Shown: positions 9,843 through 19,117, numbered from the stretch's first letter. The stretch: DNA of 64,000 bases from a virus (IMGVR_UViG_3300038443_002533:192001-256000); one strand, 5' to 3'. Program-made: numbers and translations. The notes: generated by a model from the letters alone, not told the origin.

Positions 9843-9861
9843 CAGCAACGAAAGGATACCC

Positions 9862-10860
9862 ATGCCGCAAGACAACGAACCAAAGAGTTGGCAGAATGGT
9901 TGGGCTCAAGCAACACTGGCGTGGCAAATCTGCGCGAGTATCCACCGAACCTACGCGAAAGATAAAGATCCTTTCTTTACCACCCGTCAAAACGATTTTA
10001 TCAATAACACCGAACGTGCCCGGCAAAAGTATCTGGCACAGCAACCTAAGGATATCACCATGACCAACAAACGCGCCGCGCGCCAGTTCTTCACTGATGA
10101 AGATTATCGGAAAGCCATCCGCAAAACCGCTATTCGCGATATCGAGCAGAGTATCAAATTGGCTGACGATGAAGAACGTCGGGCGAAAAATGGTACGGTA
10201 CAGGAAGAATATTACCACCCGCCAGTCGATATGGCTGACGTCGCCGCCAACGCCATTATTAACAATCTCGATGATCGCGGTGGCGTGAACCTCGATTTCG
10301 ATCCAGAGATCAATCGCGAGATCGCTGACACGGTGGCTGAGATCGTGCGTCAGGCCACGGCGCCCGACAACAACATCTACGAACGTACACCCACGATCGA
10401 TCTCCACCCCTACACGCAACTCAACACCCCTGACTTAAAATCGCGGGACGGTGAAGTTTACCCGCAGCACATTCGTGAATTCTTGTTCGACCACATCATC
10501 GACAAAGCGATCGAACACGGCGAAGAACCCGGCGGATATACGCCGGTCGAACGGTGTCTGCGTACGGCACGCAGCATCATCAACGCCATCGATGGCGGCG
10601 CCGGCAATCAACCTATCGGGCAAGGTCTGCCTTTGTTGCAGTTGATCTTGGCACCCCACCCCCGTTATGTCGAAGCTCGGGTACGGCACGAAGAACCGAT
10701 GTTGCCCGAGAATGAGGTGATGGTCGATTACGGGTTGCTGCCACCCAACGATTATCAAACCGGCATGGCAGATGCCTTCGACCGCCGCTTCGATCAACGG
10801 TTCGACGACCAAATCAAAGCCCGCACGATCCGTGCAGCTAAAGATCTTTTCGAGGGATAA
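9862..10860 (+). CDS. RAAKDLF-array member 6
   Basis: YTPVERC...DQIKARTIRAAKDLFEG. Confidence 0.8.
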   Translation: MPQDNEPKSWQNGWAQATLAWQICASIHRTYAKDKDPFFTTRQNDFINNTERARQKYLAQQPKDITMTNKRAARQFFTDEDYRKAIRKTAIRDIEQSIKLADDEERRAKNGTVQEEYYHPPVDMADVAANAIINNLDDRGGVNLDFDPEINREIADTVAEIVRQATAPDNNIYERTPTIDLHPYTQLNTPDLKSRDGEVYPQHIREFLFDHIIDKAIEHGEEPGGYTPVERCLRTARSIINAIDGGAGNQPIGQGLPLLQLILAPHPRYVEARVRHEEPMLPENEVMVDYGLLPPNDYQTGMADAFDRRFDQRFDDQIKARTIRAAKDLFEG

Positions 10861-10862
10861 AC

Positions 10863-11510
10863 ATGGGCCTGACTTTTACACGGGATTTTTACACCAACAA
10901 AGATTATCAGGAAGATATCCGAAACGTCGCTCGGCTTCATTTGGCTGAAATTCCTGTTCATCAGCCAGTTGCGGCTATCTTTCCCGAATACGAAATCAAA
11001 GATACCGCGGAGCGCGTAGCCTTGGCCGCCCTCGCCAGCATCGCAGAGATGGAAAATGCGGAGATGCTCGGTAAAGATAACGCTTACCGTGAAGACTACG
11101 TCGATCGTGTCGCTGAAATCATTCGTCAAGGAATGGCCCCGAGTTCACACGATGCACCCGTTCTCGATGCGGCGCAGTTCGATACGCAACCAGTGGAGAT
11201 GAACAAACCACTCGATCTGTTCGAACGCGCGCATGTGAAGTGGGGATTGGAACGTTGGGATGGTGTACAGGGGGCGTTCATGACCGCCGAGAAATGGGCA
11301 TGTCGTACCGACCTTACGGAGCGTGAACGTTGTCATGGCGTCGCGCATGACGTCTATCATCAGGCTGGCACCCGCGTTACACTGGACCGGATCGGGCAAG
11401 ACATGCCCGTGAACCCAGGTCAGGACTATGCGAACTTTTACGAAGGCCAGTTCGGTAGCCAAATCAGGAGCCGCACCATGAGAGCAGCGCTCGATTTGTT
11501 CAAGGATTAA
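10863..11510 (+). CDS. RAAKDLF-array member 7
   Basis: KWACRTDLTERERCHGVAHD...QIRSRTMRAALDLFKD. Confidence 0.8.
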   Translation: MGLTFTRDFYTNKDYQEDIRNVARLHLAEIPVHQPVAAIFPEYEIKDTAERVALAALASIAEMENAEMLGKDNAYREDYVDRVAEIIRQGMAPSSHDAPVLDAAQFDTQPVEMNKPLDLFERAHVKWGLERWDGVQGAFMTAEKWACRTDLTERERCHGVAHDVYHQAGTRVTLDRIGQDMPVNPGQDYANFYEGQFGSQIRSRTMRAALDLFKD

Positions 11511-11515
11511 TCGCC

Positions 11516-12295
11516 ATGAAACGTGAAGAATACTTACCCCCTACCGACCCGAACGATCCCTCCTATAGATCCGCAAAAGGTATCATCAGCGCAGTGCACG
11601 ATTTCGCTGACCGTGGCGTCGTTTACGACATGTGGCCAATCGATGACCCGATTCGGGAAGCGGCGTTGTGTGTAGTCAGTGCCGTGCAACTGAAAGGGGG
11701 TAGTACGGTCGATAAGGCGCTGATGAAACTGCCAATGGACCAGAGACGCACCCTCGTCGACACGATTCGTAGCGTCATCGAAATCAGCGTCGATAAAATC
11801 AACCACGCCGGAGACCACGTTCACCAAATCGGCTCACCATTTCCCGATAACCCCAACGTGCTCCCGAAGATGACGCAGGCAGAACAACTCTGGGTAATCG
11901 CCAAAGAAGCGCACATCATCGCCAACCATTGGGACATGTTGCCTGATGAACTCGGTCAACGTGAGCGCATCATGGGGGCGGTGCACGATGTGCTCAGTCT
12001 GTTCCAGAATGGTAATCCCTCAGTGCCGGCCATGGTGTTGACACCGATCGATCCGGAAACCGATGAAGGGTGCGCTGCTATCATCCAACGCGATGGTGAA
12101 TTGATGGGGTTGGATTGGCAATACGGTCAACCCATGTACCCCGCACATCCCGCCCCTTCCCCCAACGCACAACTCTTTCACATTAACAACGCCCCTGGCT
12201 CGTTGACGCACACGTTCCAGGGTGTTTATGAAACCCTGCGCGAGCGTTATCGCACTTCGGCCCGCGACCTCTTTGGAGACCCTAGCAATGACTAA
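11516..12295 (+). CDS. RAAKDLF-array member 8
   Basis: HWDMLPDELGQRERIMGAVHD...RERYRTSARDLFGD. Confidence 0.78.
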   Translation: MKREEYLPPTDPNDPSYRSAKGIISAVHDFADRGVVYDMWPIDDPIREAALCVVSAVQLKGGSTVDKALMKLPMDQRRTLVDTIRSVIEISVDKINHAGDHVHQIGSPFPDNPNVLPKMTQAEQLWVIAKEAHIIANHWDMLPDELGQRERIMGAVHDVLSLFQNGNPSVPAMVLTPIDPETDEGCAAIIQRDGELMGLDWQYGQPMYPAHPAPSPNAQLFHINNAPGSLTHTFQGVYETLRERYRTSARDLFGDPSND

Positions 12296-12749
12296 CAAAG
12301 CCTTGAGCATCGACGACATCGGGAAAAATAACCCGTACGAAAACACCCCAATCCTTACCCGAGAAGAAGCACTTGACGCTATCGCTCGCGCCGCGCTTAA
12401 CAAAGCAGAGCTGATGTGGGGCGAATCTCGAATGAGTTCGCGACTCACTATCGATGATCGAGTCTATGGTGCCGTTTATTCAACACTGAAATTACTGCAA
12501 GAAGGAGTGGAGGGGCGTATCCCGCCGTTTGATTTGGTGCCGCAATTGCCGTTGGACGAAGCCACGACAGAACCCACGATACCCGTCCGGCGTGAAGAAA
12601 AGATTGTCCTAGGCGGCTGGCCGCAAGATCCGATCTCGCTTGCCGCCACCCCGACCGACCCGGTTAGCTTGACGTCGACGTACGCCGACATTTACGACAG
12701 TTTCCGCGAACGCCTGGCGGCCAGTGCCCGTGACTTATTCCGCGATTAG
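12288..12749 (+). CDS. RAAKDLF-array member 9
   Basis: Start ATG 12288; DDRVYGAVYSTLKLLQEG...RERLAASARDLFRD. Confidence 0.78.
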   Translation: MTNKALSIDDIGKNNPYENTPILTREEALDAIARAALNKAELMWGESRMSSRLTIDDRVYGAVYSTLKLLQEGVEGRIPPFDLVPQLPLDEATTEPTIPVRREEKIVLGGWPQDPISLAATPTDPVSLTSTYADIYDSFRERLAASARDLFRD

Positions 12750-12757
12750 GGGGGAAT

Positions 12758-13642
12758 ATGCCACGTGACGATAATCCTAAACCCAAGAAGCCGGAAGACT
12801 TGGGGATCCCTTTCAGTCCGGAAGCGCAACGTGAGCTGATCCGGGAACAAGTTAACGAATTAATAGATAAAGCCGCAAAGGAGGCGGTGGACAAGGTCTT
12901 CAAGGAACGTTTTCCCGATAACCCTTACGAACAACCTGCCATCGATCCTGATGCGCCCCGTGCCTATACCAGTGAAGAGGTTGTTGACCAATTCATGGAA
13001 TCCGTAGCACATCGGATTCGCTACTGGCAAACACATCCGAACTGCGGCACGATGGAAGACCGGGTGTCAGGGGTGGTGCATTCGCTATTTGCAATTCTCG
13101 ATGGCCGCACTTTGCCTTTCCCTGCTTTTGACCTTGTGCCGGCGCCATGCGATGGGGATAAAGAGTATCATCTCGAAAAAGGTGAGAACTACTACGATCC
13201 TGAAGCAGTGATTTCAACGAATCTAACCCATCTTCTCTTTCCAAAACTGCATGAACTTTATCCGGATGCAAAACCGGAATCGATGGAGAAACAACTTACA
13301 CCGGAAAAAATGCGTGAAACGTTTGTTGGGCAAGCGATTGATATTGCTGATATTGTATCGCTCACTATACCTGATAAACATGAGGCATGTCAAAAGGTCG
13401 TGCGAGATATGATCAGGTTGATCGATGGTGAATATAGCCCAGGCATCCCACCGTTCATGCTGTTTCCTGCTCCCTCGCGCGAATTTAATCGCAATATGGA
13501 AGAGTACCGTCAACCGACTTGGGGTAATGATATCCCCCTTAACCGTAAAGCGCCGACGTACGGTGCGGAAGATTCGTTGGTGCAAACCTACGATGAAATC
13601 CGTGACCGCCAACACCGAGCAGCACGTGACATGTTCAAGTGA
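12758..13642 (+). CDS. RAAKDLF-array member 10 (internally duplicated domain)
   Basis: Two copies of a (I/L)(L/I)DG...P(A/P)F.L.PAP unit; ends RDRQHRAARDMFK. Confidence 0.78.
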   Translation: MPRDDNPKPKKPEDLGIPFSPEAQRELIREQVNELIDKAAKEAVDKVFKERFPDNPYEQPAIDPDAPRAYTSEEVVDQFMESVAHRIRYWQTHPNCGTMEDRVSGVVHSLFAILDGRTLPFPAFDLVPAPCDGDKEYHLEKGENYYDPEAVISTNLTHLLFPKLHELYPDAKPESMEKQLTPEKMRETFVGQAIDIADIVSLTIPDKHEACQKVVRDMIRLIDGEYSPGIPPFMLFPAPSREFNRNMEEYRQPTWGNDIPLNRKAPTYGAEDSLVQTYDEIRDRQHRAARDMFK

Positions 13643-13646
13643 CCGA

Positions 13647-13683
13647 GCATAAGCTCCAGCCCCGGTCAGGGGCTGGAGTATGC
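13647..13683. repeat. CATA-hairpin-TATG element closing the array
   Basis: GCATAAG-CTCCAGCCCC-GGTCA-GGGGCTGGAG-TATGCCGTCTATT. Confidence 0.75.
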
Positions 13684-14312
13684 CGTCTATTCTTTTTTCA
13701 CCCGTGGAGACTATTCTACGACACCACTTACCCACCCTTATCATGCCAATCGCCATCTATCGCCACTTCAAACTGACCGTGGCTGTTTCGCGTCGAATGA
13801 CGCCCGTCGTTCTGAGCTTACACCGCCGTCGTTTCAAGTCGCTATACATGGAACAAAACAAAGAGGGTGTGTGGGTCACGCGTGTGGACTTTCACCACCT
13901 GTCGCGCTACCGGGATCAACCGATCACCAAACGTGAAGCGTGGGAATTCCAAAACGGCACGTTCTCCTTCATTCAAGAACACTACCGTCGGGAACATTGC
14001 ATTCACACTTGCTCGACGATCGTACCGCCGGCCAGTACCGTGGTGTGGACAGAGAACGGTCAAATCCGACCCATCCATGATCAGTTTGAAACTGAGATCT
14101 CGGCAATGGTTGCGGCACAGCGGTATTTGCATCACCACAAACCCAACCCGTACGACTTCATGATCGCGCAACTCGATCTGAATCCCAACACTTCACCCCG
14201 TCAACCCACGGTCACCTCGACGTTGTTGCCACCACTAGAAATGGTGGAAATCAATGCCCAGGTCGACCGCAGTGAGAACTCGGAAAAATGGGCTCAACTC
14301 TTTCTCGACTGA
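13680..14312 (+). CDS. hypothetical protein (true start probably downstream)
   Basis: 210-aa ORF whose ATG lies inside the hairpin's TATG flank. Confidence 0.5.
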   Translation: MPSILFSPVETILRHHLPTLIMPIAIYRHFKLTVAVSRRMTPVVLSLHRRRFKSLYMEQNKEGVWVTRVDFHHLSRYRDQPITKREAWEFQNGTFSFIQEHYRREHCIHTCSTIVPPASTVVWTENGQIRPIHDQFETEISAMVAAQRYLHHHKPNPYDFMIAQLDLNPNTSPRQPTVTSTLLPPLEMVEINAQVDRSENSEKWAQLFLD

Positions 14313-14737
14313 ACGACGATTTCGTGGAACTGTCCGATGCCGATTATCGCCGCTCGGTAGATCATCTTATCCTGATGGATGTGAGTGACATTTTGGAACA
14401 GATGCACGCCACCATCTTAGCTTACGGGGAGAAACCCGCGTATGAGAACCTCCAGTATGGTAGTATCGGCGCCTTCTTGTTTGACCTCTACCATGAGGTG
14501 GGGTATCTCCCCAATGGGAACCGGGGCGTCACCCAAAACATTCGTGACGTGTTGGACACAGCGCCCCAGTACTTCGACTGCCCCGAACTTACACCACTCC
14601 AGCGTCAGTGTTGGTATGTGGTGATGCAACAAATGGTGGATCGCTTTGTGGAGTTTCGGATGTATGACGCCAGCCACGTTCATGCCTTCGATTTTCACGA
14701 TTACCGAAATGGTACGCTGTATTTAAAACTACCTTAA
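14288..14737 (+). CDS. hypothetical protein, possible member of a tandem triplet
   Basis: Similar length and layout to the next two ORFs. Confidence 0.6.
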   Translation: MGSTLSRLNDDFVELSDADYRRSVDHLILMDVSDILEQMHATILAYGEKPAYENLQYGSIGAFLFDLYHEVGYLPNGNRGVTQNIRDVLDTAPQYFDCPELTPLQRQCWYVVMQQMVDRFVEFRMYDASHVHAFDFHDYRNGTLYLKLP

Positions 14738-14739
14738 AC

Positions 14740-15189
14740 ATGACCCAACAACACATTTACGTGATCGACATTCATCGCGAGATCGAGCGGTTTCGGACCT
14801 ACCACGCTGGGTATGCCAATCCGCAAGTCCCGGTGTCGCTCCAAACCGAATACATCCACATGGTGGTGGAACAGATGATCGCCCACTTCGAGGTTGAAGC
14901 TGTAGCGGTGGAATCGTTCATCAACCATTACACCCTACTCATCACCGACTCCACCGTCTCGCCCCTCTTCAAATACCATCCCTTGAAGTTCCTGCGTCAG
15001 ATGGACAACGCGGGGTATCAACACTACCTGTACTGCCTGTATGGATTTGCGGAAGAGATCTTCCGTCTCTTGCAATCCCACGGGATGTTCAATGAGCGTG
15101 GCATCATTCGGGCTAGTTATCAACACGTCACGCAAGACTCGCTCTATCTCATCATTCGGCCGGAGGTCTCTCATGTCTTTCTCAGCTGA
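14740..15189 (+). CDS. hypothetical protein, tandem paralogue
   Basis: YVID...LQSHGMFNERG...ASY shared with 15173. Confidence 0.7.
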   Translation: MTQQHIYVIDIHREIERFRTYHAGYANPQVPVSLQTEYIHMVVEQMIAHFEVEAVAVESFINHYTLLITDSTVSPLFKYHPLKFLRQMDNAGYQHYLYCLYGFAEEIFRLLQSHGMFNERGIIRASYQHVTQDSLYLIIRPEVSHVFLS

Positions 15190-15679
15190 TCCCATCTTTA
15201 AGAGTGTCACTGGCGTACCGAGTTATCCGCTACTGGATGGCCACTACTACTTGGTGGACGCTACGTACGCCCTCAACGAGTATTACCGCACGCCGTTCCA
15301 TGTCCGGATGCATTTGCTGGGTGAAGGGGCGGAGTTGACCGAGTACGACATGGCGGATGTGGAACTCACCGAACTCGTCCCCTGCATCAATGACATCAGA
15401 AGTTGTGAAGATGAGCTGTCCAAGCACGTCGAACACTTGCTCGATGAAGGCGTCGAGATCGTAATCTCCGATATGGAGAACTGCGGGGTGCCAGTTCAAG
15501 ACGGACAACTCATCCCAAATACCCAAGAACAGATCCAGCACGCGCAAGCCACTTACGAACTCGGGCACCGTTTACGCGAACTGTTCATGAGCCACGGGCT
15601 GTATGACAAGTACGGCGAATTGGTGGCAGAATACACCGGCCTCTTAGAGAATGGTTTGATTGCACTGCGGCGTAGGTAA
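15173..15679 (+). CDS. hypothetical protein, tandem paralogue
   Basis: Start ATG 15173 (GGAGG SD); YLVD...FMSHGLYDKYG...AEY. Confidence 0.7.
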   Translation: MSFSADPIFKSVTGVPSYPLLDGHYYLVDATYALNEYYRTPFHVRMHLLGEGAELTEYDMADVELTELVPCINDIRSCEDELSKHVEHLLDEGVEIVISDMENCGVPVQDGQLIPNTQEQIQHAQATYELGHRLRELFMSHGLYDKYGELVAEYTGLLENGLIALRRR

Positions 15680-15687
15680 GATACTAT

Positions 15688-16010
15688 GTACAATACACTG
15701 CCCTAGTGCAACTTACCGTGTCACACTAAGGGGGAAAGGTGTGCGAAAATTAACCGTGCTGAGGTAACTTCGGGAGAACTCGCTTAACCCGCTGGGATAT
15801 GGGGCGGAAGAAAACGCACGAACGGTACGGGTGATAAGACATCACCAAGTTGTTAGGAGGGGTTTTCGGTCGAGTGCATGCACGCGTCAATCCGAATAGC
15901 AGCCGTGAGCTGGATTGCTTGAACAGTCAAGCTCACGGGTGTAAATGACCCACAGTCAGGTACACTTGACGTTGGTATCGAGATCGGTTGGTTCAGAACT
16001 CGGGTATTGA
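15688..16010 (+). ncRNA. candidate structured non-coding RNA with RNase P-like motifs
   Basis: No credible ORF; TATG at 15685; ends pair (15691-15700 with 16001-16009, one bulge); several internal hairpins; terminator at 16056. Confidence 0.45.
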
Positions 16011-16055
16011 TGGCAGAGGTTCTTTTGCGTTGTTTCCTTATGTGATATGCTTTCG

Positions 16056-16087
16056 CCCATGGATCCTGCGGGGTCCATGGGTCTTTT
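16056..16087 (+). terminator. intrinsic terminator
   Basis: CCCATGGATCC-TGCG-GGGTCCATGGG followed by T-rich tract. Confidence 0.7.
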
Positions 16088-16154
16088 TATGCCGTTTTTT
16101 CTTTTGGCTATTGTTATGAAGCACTCTATACCCCTCGACTGAAAAGAGACCCAC

Positions 16155-17684
16155 ATGAGAAAGTTTTCCTACAAAGCCCCCGAGCCCCAGGCGCCGGTGG
16201 TACCCGCGCAACCGCAGTTGTCGCTGGAAGAGCAGGCCATCTTGCAAGACGAACAAAATGAGGTGGTCGCTAAGCTGGATGAACAAAACGATGACATCGA
16301 CCGCCTGGTGGACACCGACGCCAGCATCCAAGACACCGTCCTGATCGTCGACCAAACGCCCGAACTCGGCGTGGTGGAACAAGCCCTGGTGGGCGCGGTA
16401 GCGGATGCAGCCGTGGCCGGCACCGACGCGGAACCTGAACAAGTCATCAGCGCCACGCCGGAAGGCTTGGCCAGTGAAAGCTTTGTTTCGGAAACTCTGG
16501 AACGCCTGAAGAAGATCTGGGAAAAGATCAAGGAATACTTGATCAACGCCTGGAAGTCGCTGGTGGAATATCTGGCAGGCGAAAAGCGTCAAATCGAAGC
16601 CGTGCAGAAAGAAGCCGAGAAGGTCGAAGCCTTCCTCGAAGAAAACAAGGCGATCCTGCAACTCGAATACGTGCCCAATCACCCGATCTTGCTGGGCCAT
16701 GATCCGGCGGTGAAAGAACGTGCTGACGCCAAGAAAGCGCAAGATCAAGCGGACTACGATAAGCGGGTGGCTGACGAAGCCCAGGCCAAGGCGGACTCCG
16801 AACAACGTGGTGAAGAAGAGCGCAAGGCCAAGATCGAACACGCCCTGGCCGAGCTGCGCAACAAAATCGCCAGCCATCATTTCCAGTTCAAGGGCAACGT
16901 CAGCCTGATCTCGACCACGAGTGGCGTGCCGAAAGACTTCGAGAAGGAAGTGGTGAATCTGTCCAGCTACGCCCAGCAAGTCCACAAGGCCATCGGCCAG
17001 ACCCTGCGCGAACTGTGCCACGCCTTTGACGATGTGCTGGGTAAGTTCGACAGCGCATCCCCGCAAGCGGCGATTCCGGGCTTTGTGGATCGTTTCCACA
17101 AAGACTTCGAGGTGCTGGGTCGCGCCATCGGCGAGATGAAGAACCATGACGGTCTGCTGCGCGCGCACACCCGGGTCCCCCTTCTGGGTCAGTTCGATGT
17201 GGAAATCACGGACGAGAAGAAAGAAGGCGACGTTAAGCTGGCAGCCACCCTCGGCGCAGTCGGCCGTGCCGCCATGAAAGTCTCGTATGGCACTGGCAAG
17301 AAAGAAGGTGACGTACCGCTGCTGCCGGAACTGCTGCAACCGGTTACAACGGCCACCATCAAGAAGTGGGCCGAGTTCCAACTGGGCCATGACGCCGTGG
17401 GTCTGGAAAACACGCTGAAAGAGTACGGTGAGAAGTTCGTGCCGAAACTGGACCGTCTGGTGCAAGTCCAGCAATCGGTCAAAGGCGTGGCCGACGAGAA
17501 CGAATCGTATCACGTCATCCAAGGTTTGATCAACGTCTGCCGTGGCCTGGACAAGATGATCATCGAGTTCACCCTCAAGTATGGCTCGTCCGTCCGCAAC
17601 ATCATGCAAAGCGCGCTGCGTTACCAACACGAAGCCGCCCAAGAACGCATTCGCCTCTACAAAGAAGCGGTCGCCAGCATCTAA
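16155..17684 (+). CDS. phiKZ-like internal head (ejection) protein, gp93/gp162-type family
   Basis: Acidic propeptide with protease sites LSLEE and LASES; shared ALVGAVADAAVAGTDA and L.K.WE.IK helix; strong late-gene codon bias. Confidence 0.8.
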   Translation: MRKFSYKAPEPQAPVVPAQPQLSLEEQAILQDEQNEVVAKLDEQNDDIDRLVDTDASIQDTVLIVDQTPELGVVEQALVGAVADAAVAGTDAEPEQVISATPEGLASESFVSETLERLKKIWEKIKEYLINAWKSLVEYLAGEKRQIEAVQKEAEKVEAFLEENKAILQLEYVPNHPILLGHDPAVKERADAKKAQDQADYDKRVADEAQAKADSEQRGEEERKAKIEHALAELRNKIASHHFQFKGNVSLISTTSGVPKDFEKEVVNLSSYAQQVHKAIGQTLRELCHAFDDVLGKFDSASPQAAIPGFVDRFHKDFEVLGRAIGEMKNHDGLLRAHTRVPLLGQFDVEITDEKKEGDVKLAATLGAVGRAAMKVSYGTGKKEGDVPLLPELLQPVTTATIKKWAEFQLGHDAVGLENTLKEYGEKFVPKLDRLVQVQQSVKGVADENESYHVIQGLINVCRGLDKMIIEFTLKYGSSVRNIMQSALRYQHEAAQERIRLYKEAVASI

Positions 17685-17692
17685 TCCTTGTG

Positions 17693-17727
17693 CCCCTTGG
17701 CTACGGCCAAGGGGTCTTTCTTTTTTT
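17693..17727 (+). terminator. intrinsic terminator
   Basis: CCCCTTGGC-TACG-GCCAAGGGG plus T-run. Confidence 0.8.
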
Positions 17728-17738
17728 GAAAGTGTATT

Positions 17739-19115
17739 ATGCAACGTCATTTCAAACCGCTGCCCGTACCAGTACCTACGCTGGAGTTGTCACTGGAAGA
17801 AGAAGCCATTCTGACCGATGAAGTTCGCCAGAACGAAAACGAACTGGAACAACAGGCAAACGACGTCGATCAACTGGGTGACATCATCGTTACCATGGGG
17901 GACGTACAGACCGTCGTGTCCAACACCCCCGAAATAAAAGCCATCGACCAAGCGCTGGTTGGCGCGACTGCCGATGCCGCTGTAGCGGGTACGGATGCCG
18001 ATCCGGAAGATCTCGTCGGTAGCATGCTGCCCGACGAAGGCGTCAGCGCCGAGAGCTTCGTGCAGTCCATCAAAGACACGCTGGTCAAGATGTGGGAATC
18101 GATCAAGTCGGTCATCAGCAAAATGTGGGACCACATCAAGACGTTCTTCCAGAACATCGCTAACTTCTTTAACGGCACCAAGCGCCGGATCAAGAAGCTG
18201 CAAGGTATCTTGCATGACAACTCTTTGTCGGGCGCGGCTGTACTCGAAGATGACAAATTCAAAGGCAACCCAGCCTATCTGCTCATCCCCAACCGAAACG
18301 GACGCCAAAACGGCGGGGTGGCGTTCAGTGCGCCTCACTCGGTCAAAGAGGAGTACGAGGCGTTTGCCGAAGTCGCCATGAACACCTGCGTCTGGCTGAC
18401 CGCTGGCGGCCGTGATCTGATGCAAGTCACGGGTAAGATGGGTGAGAAGTTCAAGAACGTCTCTGACATGGAAGCGGACTATTCGGGCCTCGTGAAAGAG
18501 GTTCAGGATGGTTTGGCGGAGCTGGACAAAGCACTGCGGGTGGGTTACAAGAACACCGGCGGCAACAGCGAACGCTCTGGCCACGCGCTGATGGGTGGTC
18601 TGCATTTCAGTGGTCTGGGGATTGAAAATAGTGGCAGCACCCTGACCAAGACGCTGGAATTCCTGAACCAGATGAAATACAAGGTCGAGTCGGAAGTCGC
18701 CGAGAACCCGAAGACGTATGTCGTGCGGCTTACCGGCAAAGTCGACGACGTCAAGGCCATGCTCAAAACGGCCGAAGAATGGGTGCAGATGGGCGAAGCC
18801 AAGAAGATCATGTTCGAGACCTTGGTAAAGCAAGCCGAGACGGCGCGCAGCCAGATCGACAACGGGCTGAAAGGGTTGAAAGAGCAAGACCAGCTTACGC
18901 CGGAACGCAATCGTGAACTGAAACTCATGATCTCGCTCAACGGCAAAATCAACTCGATCGTTACCAAGACCATCTCGGGCATCGTGACTCATGGCACCCA
19001 CGTCACCAACGCGGTGCTGGACTACTCGATCGAGTCGGTGGAATCGATGATGGGGGTTACGAAGACGGGCGGTATCCATAAGGGGCCGGCAAATCCTTTC
19101 CCGAAAACAGCTTGA
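17739..19115 (+). CDS. phiKZ-like internal head protein paralogue
   Basis: N-terminal ~150 aa homologous to 16155 (LSLEE, VSAES, ALVGATADAAVAGTDA); divergent C-terminus. Confidence 0.8.
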   Translation: MQRHFKPLPVPVPTLELSLEEEAILTDEVRQNENELEQQANDVDQLGDIIVTMGDVQTVVSNTPEIKAIDQALVGATADAAVAGTDADPEDLVGSMLPDEGVSAESFVQSIKDTLVKMWESIKSVISKMWDHIKTFFQNIANFFNGTKRRIKKLQGILHDNSLSGAAVLEDDKFKGNPAYLLIPNRNGRQNGGVAFSAPHSVKEEYEAFAEVAMNTCVWLTAGGRDLMQVTGKMGEKFKNVSDMEADYSGLVKEVQDGLAELDKALRVGYKNTGGNSERSGHALMGGLHFSGLGIENSGSTLTKTLEFLNQMKYKVESEVAENPKTYVVRLTGKVDDVKAMLKTAEEWVQMGEAKKIMFETLVKQAETARSQIDNGLKGLKEQDQLTPERNRELKLMISLNGKINSIVTKTISGIVTHGTHVTNAVLDYSIESVESMMGVTKTGGIHKGPANPFPKTA

Positions 19116-19117
19116 CC

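Noticed and set aside
5668-13642. C-terminal DLF as a canonical beta-clamp binding motif
   Set aside because: It lacks the Gln of QL(S/D)LF and is embedded in a longer basic helix; kept only as a weak alternative.
15620-15645. Alternative RNase P P4 5' strand (GAATACACCGG) inside the 15173..15679 CDS
   Set aside because: It pairs 7 of 8 with 15999-16006 but lies in coding sequence. No matching P1/P2 strands were found, and the 15691 site pairs as well; this may be chance.
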